Notes: a model not told the origin generated them from the sequence alone. 59,418 nucleotides of DNA, filler included, from Sphacelaria rigidula (GCA_964200075.2; 8 parts of 8 records of this genome joined end to end with filler, not necessarily neighbours in it), one strand, 5' to 3'; positions 13,080-25,400 are shown, counted from the first letter of the whole stretch. A program made the numbers and translations.

Positions 13080-13456
13080 TAGTGGAGATATCTCACACTC
13101 GGCTCCCGGTATCCTGACTATTCGCTGGCTCTGAGTTGTGTATTTTGTTTTCAAGTGAAAGTGATCGCGATTCATGGGAGGACCTGACCTGGCGGTCAAA
13201 GGGTCACATCATCTGATGAATCGACATCATTTTCACTCGAAAAATACAAGAAAACAAACCAGACTATCGGGAGTCGAGTTTGAGATACCTCTACTATTCG
13301 CTGGCTCTAAGTTATGTAGTGTTTTTTCAAGTGAGAGTCATCGCGATTCTGGCAGTCAAACGGTCTCATCATCTGATGAATCGGCATCGTTTTCACTTAA
13401 AAAATAAGGCAAAACAAACCAGGATACCGGGAGCCGAATTTGAGATACCTCTGGTA
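13080..13456. mobile_element. MITE with ~37-bp TIRs and a tandem duplication of its body and right end
   Basis: Left end TAGTGGAGATATCTCACACTCGGCTCCCGGTATCCTG; right ends ...GGGAGTCGAGTTTGAGATACCTCTACTA (13296) and CAGGATACCGGGAGCCGAATTTGAGATACCTCTGGTA (13456). Confidence 0.75.
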
Positions 13457-14075
13457 GGAGAGAGATCTGAAACTTTCAACGGGCGTGACTGAACCACATG
13501 ACTGGCGGACGTTACACGTTCACAACGCAACAGCTCCAACCCAACGCGACGAAACACGCCACGCGTGCAGCACACCTGGTTTTACGTGGGGGATTGTTTG
13601 TGGACAGAACACGCCACAAGCGCAGCACGCCTGGTTTTACGCGAACGAACAACCAGTGTTTACTCAATGCCACACTTGCCGGAGAAACCCGCTCATCTTG
13701 GGACGGTGGTGCAAGCTACAAGAAATCGGTGGGCCTAACCATGAGCGGTACGATAAAATGGTAAGGAATCACTGGATTGATGGCGGTTTTCATGCACTTG
13801 GTCGGGGTTCCTCTGCTTGCAAACAGAGTTGTTGTCCACTGGGGTGCTGTCGCCCGCAACCAATGACACAGTTTTCAATCCACCATGCACAAGAGGGACG
13901 GTGCATCATATATATCGCGCGCACCATAGCGCGCGTTTCATATCGCGCGCGCAGCACACGACATGGCGAGCACAAGCACAGCGGAACAGCAAAACGAACC
14001 CCCCACTCAGACGGACGGATGTCCACCAGCAGCCTATAACTTGTCGTACGCGATTGGCATCTATTCTGTTCCGTT

Positions 14076-14293
14076 TTTTACGGCTCTCGCTGTTTGTGGT
14101 GCTCTAGTTCTTTTTGGGCTCTCGCTATTTATGGTCTCTTCGAAACGTCTATTTTGTTCTATTTTTGGGGGGCTCTCGCTGTTGAAACGTCCATTCTGTC
14201 CCATTTATTTCGGCTCTCGCTGTTTGTGGTTCGCTGTTGAAGCGTTTATTCTGTTCTATTTTTTTTTCGGCTCTCGCTGCTGTTTGTGGTCTC
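14076..14293. repeat. Minisatellite with core GGCTCTCGCTGTTTGTGGT
   Basis: About 5 imperfect copies separated by similar T-rich segments. Confidence 0.8.
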
Positions 14294-14476
14294 TTTTTTT
14301 GCTGCTCCTTTTGCTGCTTCTGACCTCTTGTGCTGCTCCTGACCACGTGGTTTTTTATGTAAATTAGTGTTCCGAGAAGGATCACACGCTAACTTGATTC
14401 CAGTATGGAGCGGCGGATCATTTCGCTTACTTGATTCGAGTATCGAGCGGCGAGACATTTAGCGTAATAATACATT

Positions 14477-14530
14477 GATGAATGAATGAATGAATGAATG
14501 AATGAATGAATGAATGAATGAATGAATTGA

Positions 14531-14561
<31 letters not shown>

Positions 14562-14641
14562 TGGATTGGAAATTGGATTGGATACATTGGATAAAATACA
14601 TTGGATTGGATTGGATTGGATTGGATTGGATTGGATTGGAT
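14477..14641. repeat. Compound microsatellite (GAAT)n(GATT)n(GGATT)n, probably an expanded retroposon tail
   Basis: Directly visible; the same AATC-type unit forms the tails at ~19034 and ~19692. Confidence 0.92.
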
Positions 14642-14780
14642 AGTGGTAAGCCACGGCTGACGCGCGTGGCAGCACCGCCGCAGGTACTTATTATTATTAT
14701 TTCCGCAGATACTAACGGCACAAATCTGCAACACGTGGAGGTTTTGAACAAAATGAACAAACACAAAAAACAACCCTGGC

Positions 14781-14880
14781 NNNNNNNNNNNNNNNNNNNN
14801 NNNNNNNNNNNNNNNNNNNNNNNNTTAATTAATTAANNNNNNNNNNNNNNNNNNNNNNNNNNNNNNNNNNNNNNNNNNNN
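14781..14880. other. Artificial contig linker
   Basis: Same 100-bp N/TTAATTAATTAA spacer. Confidence 0.98.
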
Positions 14881-14952
14881 GTCCTGGCTTTGTAGGGATG
14901 CGAGGCAATGGTCTGATGACTATGGCAAGCATGATCATGAGTACACCCCCCC
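14881..14952 (+). mobile_element. Non-LTR 3' end, family B, ending in a C-run
   Basis: GGGATGCGAGGCAATGGTCTGATGACTATGGCAAGCATGATCATGAGTACACCCCCCCC. Confidence 0.75.
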
Positions 14953-15048
14953 CGGCTTCAAGCACGGATATGTCGATCTGATTCTGTTGGTATCACGATT
15001 TCCCTTGCAAAAACATACCACCGGTGACACATTCTGAGTTAGACTTAC

Positions 15049-16088
15049 CACAAGTGTTCTTCGGTTGTCGTGCGAACGACGAGTCAGATCGAGCCAACAT
15101 AGTAGTGTCACGTACGCCGTTCCCGCCATGGATTCCGAAGCGTGGCCGGACGGGAAACTTCGCATGCTTTTACCCTGGCCAGCACCGGCACGAGCGCGAT
15201 AGTGCAAAAACATATCATCACACGGAATCGCTGCCGTGCTTTTATCCACGTCGCATGCAGCACCGGAGCGAGTATGAGAACGTCACGCATGGAGAGACGG
15301 CAGTACAACTGCGTCTTTTGACTTCGCGTGTATCCGTTGAATGAAGCAAAACAACAGACAAGTCACAAAAAAAAAACATGTGTTCCACCAAGGCGAACAG
15401 CAGAACGCACGGCGGAAGGTACAAAGATACCCATGGACTGGTAAACGTGTGATACCTTGGTGCATGTCAAAATGTAAACAGTGTACCCGGATGTTTCGCT
15501 ACAACACGGATTGCCGCTGGATACTAGACCGTAGTGATTTTTGCGCTACACATATACACATGCCCCTACATGCACACATATACACCGCGCTGGTCCGATA
15601 CATATCGAACATCAAACCAAAAACACAATATCGATATTTTTCGAAGTGGGGTCGAATGTTCACTCCGAAAGGTGGCATAGCACGAAGCCGGCGAATACCA
15701 ACACGTAGAACTGCGCCCCCGATACCTGAAACAGCACCAAACCGGATTAGATCTAGCGATTCAATTCGCAGTTCTAACACGAGACAACACCCTGCACAGC
15801 GGAAATACAGTACAGCACCAGCTTGACACAACGAACCGGGCCATGAACTTGTAGAAACACGGCTAGGAGACCCAGTTATCACACGTTGAACATGAAAAAA
15901 CGTTCTCACCGCCAAATCAGAATATGCGCTACCCCCGTATGTCACCAGTGCTCTCAAAGCGGCCCAGTTGGGCCTAGGTCTCCCGACAGCCTTCTTAATA
16001 GCAACCGTCACGACAACGCAAAGTCCCAGCGAGAAAGTCAGGCCCAGTAAAGCGTCCGGCAGCGTTCCCACCGCTCGATACTTCCCAT
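15049..16088 (-). CDS. PAP2-superfamily lipid/phosphatidate phosphatase, two internal exons (15910-16088, 15049-15174)
   Basis: Exon 1: LLGLTFSLGLCVVVTVAIKKAVGRPRPN (transmembrane helix plus motif C1 KxxxxRxRP), GTGAGA donor in phase 0. Exon 2: CAG|GKSMRSFPSGHASESMAG (motif C2 PSGH), GTAAGT donor. Motif C3 would lie beyond the contig end. Confidence 0.9.
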
Positions 16089-17562
16089 CTACTAGAACAA
16101 GGCATGTATGTTGTGAGGCAGACTCAGATGTTAGAAGTACAACGAGGCAATGCAGGAGTCGGCTTTCGGCAGAGCAGCAAAGCAAGACGAGACGAAAAGG
16201 TTATTTTTCGCTGAGAAAGCTAGCAGTTCACAAAGAGGACTGTATGATGGTGTTGCCGCCCGTCTGTCCAAAGCACATACGAAGTATGTTCGGAACAGTA
16301 CCAAGATGGCTATAGGACTAAATATGGAGACGTCCCCAATGCAGGATGAGGTTGCTTCCAAGGGCAAGATCATGTGCGGCTTTAATGTGATTCACACAAG
16401 GAAATAAATACAGTGCGCAGGGGGGGGGGGGTGTTCTCACACATGAAACGCCCCAAAACGACCCTACCCAATCGGCATGAGAATCAAATATCGGCATCCA
16501 GTCACACCAGGATGACCGTTCTACACGTGGACGCCAAGCGGCGCCGCCACCACGCAGATGAACCCATAGTGGCAGTTTCCACAGTGGATGGAGACCGACA
16601 CGTCACCTCGGAGGGTGTGTAGATGATGAAAAGGGAAGAGAAGCCGCGAATGAGGAATGCGGAAAACTGGAGGTGAGAGCTGACAGCACTGCAAAGAAGC
16701 TTGTCAACTTGCACAAGAGTAACACGGGGCCTCGGCACCCTGCTTGTATATTACTTGCAGGCAGGTGAACTTGCAAATATGAAAGTATGTTCATAAGATG
16801 TTAACGGAGCATCATTCTGTACTATATATCTACTGCTACCTCTTGAAATACGGATGTGGCAGCGCACCACTCAACCACCTGGTAACAACATAATACTGTA
16901 CTGACATCTTCGGAGACCCTCTCTGGCGATAATGAAGACGAGAGGAAACGCGAAGTAAATCAACCACAAAACGGCCGTTGGCACCGTCTCCCCCGGGTAT
17001 ACTCCGTTGTCCATTTCTGCGCAGCACGAACTGCATCATGAACGACAAGTTCAACAAGGAAAGTGGTCCAGGCAGGCACGGTAAATCCCCGTCATTCATC
17101 ATGTCAAAAAACAGCACGAGTGATATTTGACTACAAGTACAGCTCGGCATTTTGCTCCGAAGAAAAGATACTCACGGACCTTGATTGCTCGATAGGAGAA
17201 CATGACAAGCCCCATCAAGGCATCTGATACTGATTCTCGACGGGTGCGCATACTTCAATTCAGGAGGATGGCGAACTCATTTCGTCAAACTAACTGTCGT
17301 GAAATTAAGCGAATATGTCAGGAATATCAGACGCCATCAGGAGGTGGGTATTGAGCGCCGGCAGCAACCCCACATACGGAAACTAATCTCAATTCAATAT
17401 ATCGTTTCTTGTCGTATGAAAACGCCGCCACATGCAGGCAGCTAGGTCGGACTGGCATACGAGGCACGTTGCCACGCTACTACATATCGCGCCACAACCG
17501 TCCAAGTAGTTTTCAAGGCAGAGTACGACACTACCTTGCGCATGGAGAGAAGGATCTATCAC

Positions 17563-17654
17563 CTATCTGTCTCAGCGCAGGCTGAGAGCTCCGTCGATGT
17601 GCACCACTCTGATCCCAATCGCACTGGGTAAGAGTTGATCCCGTCCCTGTTACC
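17563..17654 (-). CDS. Candidate upstream exon of the PAP2 gene
   Basis: Pyrimidine tract + CAG|GNRDGINSYPVRLGSEWCTSTELSAC...; resembles the DxxxSYP element of PAP2 N-termini; phase link to later exons unclear. Confidence 0.4.
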
Positions 17655-18195
17655 CTGCTCGAGCAGCGAAAGTAGCAGAAGGGTGAATGAAGCAATACGC
17701 CCCATGCAATCAAAATGAACTCCACTATTTACTTCATATCAAAGCCATCGGCCTGACTCCGGTGTTGTGGGATACGATTCGAGCCATGGCGCAGTTCAGT
17801 GACAACTCGTAGCGTGCCATTGAACGGGGCGAGCACTCCTGACGAAACCACACAGCAAAAACAATCGCGGTTTCTCCACAGAGCAGAGGTCAGCGGCTTG
17901 CCTTCAAAAGTAGTTCAGGCTACCAGGTCCCACAGTCTGTGAGTCCAGAAGCGGGTTTATCCCAACCAGTCACGGTTTCACCTGGACTCGTGGCCAAAAC
18001 TCTACGGTTGATACGTTTGTTTCTGTCAAACCCAAACCCGAAACAGAACGTCAAGCCTCGGGCAAGGGAGATTCAGGGTGCTCTAGACAACGCACAGGTT
18101 GGCAGAGCTCAGATCGGCGCCTCACGGGTGCTGCGCATGCTGGCGAACACTTGGGACGATCAATCCCCTACATCTCTTAATCTCAGTGTCTACAT

Positions 18196-19059
18196 CGGGA
18201 GCCCTTGTCCGGCAGAAGGACACACGCCTTTCCAAGCGTGCCATGAACGGTCCGCTTTCCACACGAGGGCCCAAGGAGGTCGGCCGCCCCCCCAAGATGC
18301 TCCGTCTCGAAAGGGATGCGTGGTCAATGGTCACACGACTAAGGCAAGCAACAAATGAGTACGCCCCCCCAAGCAATGGGAGAATACCCTAAAGGAGAAC
18401 CTACGTGCGCTAGGAGCTGTGCCGCACAAAGGAGCCTGACGAAGGTGGTTCGTCAACGGTGTAGAGGTTAACGATGCACACGAATGAGTCACTGCGGCAA
18501 AGGACCTGGGCAAATGGCATATTGGAGTCGAGAAGGGAGCGGAAGAGTTTGAGGACACGTGACGACGCGCGGACAAGCGAGAATCAGACCGCCGTCACAA
18601 GCGAGAGGCTGCTGCGTCGAGGGCTGCCAATCGGAGAACCCTGTCTGCTCATATCGGCTGTTGATCATGCCTTAATCGGTGGCTCTGCGGTGCCCACTGG
18701 TGTGTGTCTCTATCTACTCTGGTGCCCTGAATCCCTTGGGCACTTTCCTTCTTTTTTTTCATCGTTTTATTGCATTTTATTTCATTTGCGCTGTACTTTC
18801 CTCTTCTTTTCCTTTTCTTCTTGTTTTAGGTCGGCCATTTATTTCTGTGCTTTGCTTGTGTTGACTCTTTCATCACCTTTTTTTTTTAGGGCTTAGTCTG
18901 CTATGTCGTTCAGTTCAACCCCTTTTTTTTTTCTGTTCCTTCTTTTCCTCAGAGCGTGTTTCAGTTTTGTTTTTCTAGGGTACGTCTGTCATGACACCAC
19001 GGCTGGACCCCTGGGGGGTCAGTTGAAGTGCGACAATCAATCAACCAATCAATCAATCA
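18196..19059 (+). mobile_element. 5'-truncated RTE-type LINE 3' end with (AATC)n tail
   Basis: GALVRQKDTRLSKRAM...GRPPK/QWENTLKENLRALG...AAKDLGKWHIGVEKGAEEF with stops, T-rich 3' UTR, then CACGGCTGGACCC...GTGCGAC(AATC)n. Confidence 0.8.
18297..18361 (+). mobile_element. 65-bp family-A 3' end inserted with a 12-bp TSD (CGCCCCCCCAAG)
   Basis: TSD copies at 18285-18296 and 18362-18373; removing the insert plus one TSD restores the RTE frame GRPPK-QWENTL. Confidence 0.9.
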
Positions 19060-19199
19060 CATGACAAGGTGTTTTCTCAACAGACACTTGTGAGAGCTTT
19101 CCCCTTTTTGTGATGGCACCCACACCACCCCCCCCCCCCCCTCCCTTTACGCGCTTCGTCGCACGTATTTTTTAACGAGAAGACGCTTGTTGGGGTAAC

Positions 19200-19470
19200 A
19201 CTATTCGCCGGCTAGCCGTAACAGCTTTCTTCACATGTCTTTTACGTGTGTTGATCTGTCAGGACAGCCAAATCCACACAAAACGTTTCGTGCGTCTTTG
19301 AACTCTGGTGCGAACACACCGACCAGTTGGTTGATCCCCCACAATCCGCGCGACCTTTTTGTCCCCGCTTAACCCTGTCCGTCGCTTTTTGGTACGAGCC
19401 GGGATTCGAACCCGAGACCTCGTCTTCATGGAGCTGAAGCGTACGGGCTCTCTCACTGGTATCGCCAAGG
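19200..19470 (-). mobile_element. tRNA-derived SINE-like element
   Basis: Minus strand ...GGTCTCGGGTTCGAATCCCGGCTCGTACCA (Pol III B box and tRNA-like 3' half) followed by a non-tRNA body; body end approximate. Confidence 0.55.
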
Positions 19471-19649
19471 TGAAAATGTGTTCCCTCAACGGGCACTAGT
19501 GGGAATGTTCCCCTTTTGAAGTGGTGGTACCCGCATCTACAATAAAACTGAATGCATTTCAACCACGGAGTTTTGGCGACGGATTTGAATGAGCTCTACA
19601 GTTACCAAATGTTTGTGACTGAATAGTTGATGATCTCACATTTATCATG

Positions 19650-19707
19650 CGACCACGGCTGGACCCATGGGTGGTCAGTTAAAGTGCGACAATCAATCAA
19701 TCAATCA
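19650..19707 (+). mobile_element. Short RTE-type 3' terminus with (AATC)n tail
   Basis: CGACCACGGCTGGACCC...AAGTGCGAC(AATC)4; same family as ~18997-19059. Confidence 0.75.
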
Positions 19708-21872
19708 AAATATCAACTAAATCAATTACTTACCTGCCGGCGATTTAGCCGAGGTGAGAAAAAACATACCCAAAAAAGACGGAAACGATAGCCAAGGGAA
19801 ACTGGAGAGAGATGGTGAAATGAAGGAAGGAAAGAGAAGGATGAAAAAAAGGCGGGTGGAAGGGGAAAACAGTACGAGTAAACTCCTGGCTAAAATAAAG
19901 CACTGCTTCTGAGACGAACCCGACAAGCAGGAATACGAAGCAACGCCGTGAAACCAGATTACGACTGAGCTCCCTGGGGATCACAGTTTTTGGGCAAGAA
20001 CGAGGTACTCTCACCTGCGAGCTGTGTAGAAGCTAGACACAAACACAACTACGGTATGACACGGAGAGAGGGGTGGAGGAGAAAAATCAAGGACCGAGAA
20101 CTACGAGCAATGAGGCCGCTTCTCGTGGCAAATAAAACTACAAATCTGGTAAACTGCCTTTTTGAAGCTTCTGCGTCGTTTTGGGCCCTAAAAGAGAGCT
20201 AGGCGGATTTCGACACCTTGGAATGCCTTGCTGTACTCGTTGACACGGTTCCAGCACACTACGCGTTTTTCCGGTGACCGCAGTTCTTTTCTTGCCCAAT
20301 CGCGAATTTTTCTCGGGGACCGGTCAAGTCCACATATATTCCGGGAAACTTTTCTTGTTTTCGAAGAGCCTGATTTGAGTCGTATGGATAGATACAGGTG
20401 CGAACATTTTCGTAACGACGAGCACTTGCTGCAAGAATTTTCGTGGAATGTCACTGGAAAGGAAAAAGGTAACGTCGTTTTCAACCATGTACCTGTCGGC
20501 TGACGTGTGTGACGTCGAGAGGGTTTTGGTTCAGATGATAGCTTTTTCCTTGGACTGCTTTTTACTAGCCTGCCTATTGATGTACTAAGTTAAGGGAGGG
20601 GGGGGGGGGGGGGGGGTTCCTGTGAACAAGGTAATAAGTGGGGTCTACGGTGTTGGATCCACGATAGTGTACTGAGGCATTTGGGTTTTGGATTTTGACC
20701 ATCACCCTAGTTTGGCGTGTATCATGACTCATGTACGTGTAGCCTTCATGCTTGACGGGAGGCCATGCCCCCCATTCCCACTCCTCTCTTTGCCTTACCT
20801 GGCTATACAATACTACACTTCTGCATCATCATGATCGGCTGACAGCCGTATCCACTGATCGGCTATACCAGTCATGTACACTGAACTGATCCACGGGATC
20901 AAAGATCACGAAACTTACAGTACGAGCTGGGCCAGTGGTAAAACGTAGAACCCCTGGGCACACCACATTTTTTTCAGTTTTCCGAATTAACCCGATGTAA
21001 GAATTTCGCTACGAACTGCGGACCAACCTGGTTGTGCACGGCTCCGCCGCTGTTCGATTGGCGCAATTCTGGCGATGACGTTATTACACTGACATATCAA
21101 TCAATCAATCAACTGCAATGAGTATCGGGTGCGTCTCATTTCGTGGCGTGATAGCGCGTTCTGAGTTTTTTCATATATAAAACGCGGCAGAAATGCATAT
21201 GACAGCTTTGACATGCACAGTCAAGAGTGCACTGGAAAAAATGCGGGATGGCATCACGCTCATCAGCAGCTCCATCATGGGAGAGGGCCTTCAAGCCGAT
21301 TGTCACATAAACGAGCGTCGGGACAACTATCTAGCTCAGGCTCGGCTGCAACGCGTTTTCTCGATCCAATCCCAGATGGTGATCGTTTTCACAGCTGGAA
21401 AAAAAGAGGCACTGACGTGATTTTCTGCAACGGGGCTTCCCGGAAAGGGCAGAGGTGTTTCAGATGGAGATAGGCCTTGCAGAACGAGCTCACCCACATT
21501 GAGGCGATAAAAAACGTTTTTGAGCATTTGGGGGCAGAAGCTCGTGCGAAAGTACCGAAAACACCTTTTTCAGCTGAAACAAGAATGCTGGTTTACAAAA
21601 TTACCTCAGGCCACTCCATCATACATTGCAACACTAATGTTGCTGCAGCGCTTGGTGAGGTTCAGCCAATGTTCTGTTGGGTACGGTTCAGTACAGTGCT
21701 GATGAACCTCCTGACCGCGTGGGTTGTCCATCTGGATCATGCATACTTTATTCGAGTGAAAATGAAGCCGGTATGACAGACGGCCAAGGACGGGTCGCGT
21801 TGAGAATACCCAATGCTCGGTATTTTGAAAAGTCATACTCAAGGTCCGACTACCGAAGGCAGGGGCGATGGA

Positions 21873-22140
21873 GGGCGATGGAGGCCCTACTGTACGGATG
21901 CATGACGTGGGCCCCGCGCCGCGAGCACTACCTGTTGCTGAAGAAGGTACACTACCGGCTCCTCCCGCGAGTTATCGGGTACCGCCGACTGCGTGGCACA
22001 TACCGACAGTTATCGTACGCCCAGGCCCTCAAGAAGATCCGGATTCTAAAGTGCTAAACCATCGTCCGGCAACGGCAACTGCTCTTTGCGAGAGCCCTGA
22101 CTGGACCACCGGACGGAAGACTACCGGCGCGACTGGCATT
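21873..22140 (+). mobile_element. RTE-clade LINE RT C-terminal fragment
   Basis: AMEALLYGCMTWAPRREHY...HYRLLPRVIGY...LSYAQALKK, then IVRQRQLLFA...DGRLPARL after a frameshift or stop. Confidence 0.85.
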
Positions 22141-22157
22141 TGAAACACTCGTGGAGA

Positions 22158-22214
22158 GGGGGGGGGGGGGGGGGGGGGGACTCATTGGTTGCTTGCCTTA
22201 GTGGTTTGACCATT
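22158..22214 (-). mobile_element. Family-A 3' end with long C-run (G22 on plus strand)
   Basis: G-run + ACTCATTGGTTGCTTGCCTTAGTGGTTTGACCATT. Confidence 0.75.
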
Positions 22215-22220
22215 CCCCCC

Positions 22221-22320
22221 NNNNNNNNNNNNNNNNNNNNNNNNNNNNNNNNNNNNNNNNNNNNTTAATTAATTAANNNNNNNNNNNNNNNNNNNNNNNN
22301 NNNNNNNNNNNNNNNNNNNN
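22221..22320. other. Artificial contig linker
   Basis: Same 100-bp spacer. Confidence 0.98.
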
Positions 22321-22480
22321 AGGGATGCGTGGTCAATGGTCAAACGACTAAGGCAAGCAACAAATGAGTACGCTTCCCCCCCCCTCGGGGGGTGGGTGGG
22401 TGGGTGGGTGTACTCATGATCATGCATGCCATAGTCAATGGTCTGATTATGGCATGCACGATGATGAGTACACCCCCGCC
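22321..22480. mobile_element. Cluster of family-A 3' end plus two inverted family-B 3' ends forming a hairpin
   Basis: Family-A end at 22321-22385; arms 22406-22437 and 22444-22475 are near-perfect inverted repeats. Confidence 0.8.
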
Positions 22481-25400
22481 CCCTCCCCCGAGACAGGAAA
22501 AGTTCCCCCGGAAACGGATATAAATCAAGCTCCCCGGGGGGGAAAACGGCTCTTAAAGAACAAAAAATGTCCAAAGAAATGATTTTTTTGGGCTCCAAAA
22601 AAAGAGACATTTTTTTCCGACCTAAACCTACAGCGCAAAAACCTAGATACCACCCACCTGTAAAACGCCTCTTCTACACTGTCTCGAACACCCCCCACCC
22701 GTCAGAGCAGCAACGCAGATAGAGGCATTCTAAACTTACTCTCATCCCATGCCGGAGCATGTACGGCCTCAGGGCTGGCCGTGGCGAGCAGCCATAAGAC
22801 CCAGCGGTCGCCGCCTGCCAAGCGTCGCACATGCTCGGTTTCATGGATGCACGCCGTGGCGACCCCGACGACCGGATATGCAGCACCTCCTATCGTGAGG
22901 TGCTACGACATGAAATTACTGTACGGTTGACGGAGGGACCACAAGTGCAGCATACAGTATATGGCACTCACAGGTTATCCACAAGGCGGTAGTGGTAGTG
23001 CGTGTGGATGGTAGCACTTATGAACTGTACTGCTGGTGTCTGCTGTACAGGCTAGTGAGTACACGATGCTCAGTTTTTGCGGTTTAACATTATGGAGAGG
23101 TCGGAATTCGAGCACATTTCTTGTGCATGCATTCGCTGCAACGATCAGGATTCGACCCATTGACTGAAAATGACTCATACAGCTTTCTGATATCGACGCG
23201 TATCCAACCGGGTGTAGGTGAGAATGATGACCGCGGAGGACTTGTGCACATGAGCAAAGGGGAGAGGGCACATCTACCGGCAAGAACTGTTCAGCCCGCT
23301 GGCAAACAGAGAGCCGAACCCGGCCAACAGAGAAATTGTGATCGATACCCACCAACTTATTATGGGCTTTTCCCACGTGTTCATTTGTGCGCGACGTTGT
23401 GGCCGTCACACACGCTCGTTGGATATTTTTTGTGGCCGACAACAAATCAGACTTCATGTTTCCTTGCGGTTTATTTTGCTGCAAAGGTGGGCGTGACGAA
23501 TAGGACCCTCGAAAGAGGGGGGTCGGATCGTCTCTCGAACACATGTGGACAATGCAATGCAACCGTTCATCGCTACCGTGGTGGAATGAAGCGCCAGCCG
23601 ATATTGCTTCAACTCTTTGTTCACGTGGCCAACACAAGCAGATGGAAGCGAATCGGACAGGGACGATGATTCGGGTGCCGACAGTTTCCCGGACCCCAGC
23701 GACTCCTGAGCGGCCGAGAACACCCACACACAGCGGGACAACACCAGGTGGTGAGCAGTCGATGGTGTCGGAGGTCCGGTCGTTTACGGCGACGCCCGTT
23801 GCATGCCATGAGCGGGGCAGAAGTTGATGTGACACGTATGTATTGTAGCTGCCAAGTGGCTTCTCCGTTTGTCACTTGTGCGACGGACATTGTCGGATAT
23901 CATTGTGCATGAACTGCCAAGATCTCGGAGACTTGTCGGTTATTTTTCACAACAGAGTTAATTTGATCATTGCAAATATATGATGATGAAGAGCAAAGAT
24001 CTAGGAAAGTTGATTGTTGTTTTTTCACCAAGAGAGTTGATATTATCATCTAGCTCATGATGGTGATGATACGCAGCACTCATTTGGCAGTGAGGTATTG
24101 AACGAGTGACGGTGACTTTTATCGTATCAACAGTCAGCACACGCACCCCATTAGCTCCAGTCTCATGCTGAATCAGTTCATTGCCCACGCGCACGCCCCC
24201 AGCACAGTTCCGTGTTTTGTTGCCGCCGATCAAGTTTTCTAGGTACCACCGACTAATCGGCACTCTCAGTACGTCGAATGTTTCTGGGTATGTGATGCAC
24301 ACTTGGTCGCGTCAGACAGGTTGCTGGTGTTACAGGACGGGAAGGCCTCCTTCAACATCCGGGAGTGATTCACCCATCGTACTTGATGATCAACATTATT
24401 CGGAACGTCATGATTTGAGGAACGATGAGTATTCAACGGGAAATCCATGGGGTCAGGGTTTTGAAATGACACCAATGCCGAATCATCCATGTACCCTTGA
24501 TAGTCAATTGACTTCCGCCGCTTTTACGAGAGCTTGAGGACTGTTGTTGAACAGATCGCCGGATTCGAATATGCCATATTTCCCACATGCACGTGTGTAA
24601 CGGGGCCATCGTACCTGTGCAGGTATTATCCGGGGGCACCGTTGATGTTTTACCCCTTCGCCATCGGAGCTAGGACGCCGGGGGTGGTATCAGGCAACGC
24701 AACAGCGCAGGATGTGACGCCGCTGCCGGAGGGGACCGAGAAGCAAGAATCGTAGTAATGCAAGGCACACGGCCGCACTTCCGCAAAAATACCTGAGAGG
24801 GCACGCCGTGGATGATACGATTGTTCGCCATACTGAATGTGGCAGTGTTCGGCACTCAAATGTGATGGTAATGATGGTTGACTCGTATTCGCGTCGAAAA
24901 TAACACGCGATACACGGCGAATTGTTACTCCACCGACCGCACTTGTCGGGCTGATTGTGCGACGGCGTTTGTGCGAACGAAAAAACGAAAATAAATAAGG
25001 GGTGTTGATGTCGCGCAATTGCGCCGCCCTAACCTAATGATTCTCGTTGACGCGGTGCGGTGCGGTGCCACTTGTTCTGGTTTGTAATAGTCGCCGGGCG
25101 GTGCGGTGCGTTATACCTTCCGTACATTCTCACGGTGCGGAGCGGTTTGGAGAACGTGCGCCGTGGAAAGCAGGGAACTACCAATCTCTCCCCCGCATAT
25201 CCATCTATATGCTGCAGCGGTGTCACCGGCGTACAACCGCCGCATGAACACGTTTTCACCGGGGACCCCTGGGCAGCTTCTGTCATATGCACACATTTGT
25301 CGGAGATTGTGGCGTGTTGCGAACGGATGATGATGTATCGGGAAAAACAGTCAGGCCAATAGTAATCGTCGTTACGGCTGTTGCGAAGGAGCCGCGTTGC

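Noticed and set aside
12859..13199. Poly-Cys/Val/Thr ORFs (and poly-Ile/Leu ORFs at 26489-26898, 14389-14836)
   Set aside because: Translations of microsatellites
14076..14293. Repeat-spacer-like array
   Set aside because: The spacers are similar T-rich variants of irregular length; an ordinary minisatellite
20188..20484. pogo/CENP-B-like helix-turn-helix (RKIRDWARK)
   Set aside because: A single weak motif with no DDE domain or TIR pair found
22158..22385. Apparent inverted repeat spanning the contig 3/4 junction
   Set aside because: Crosses an artificial linker; both contigs simply break at the same high-copy repeat
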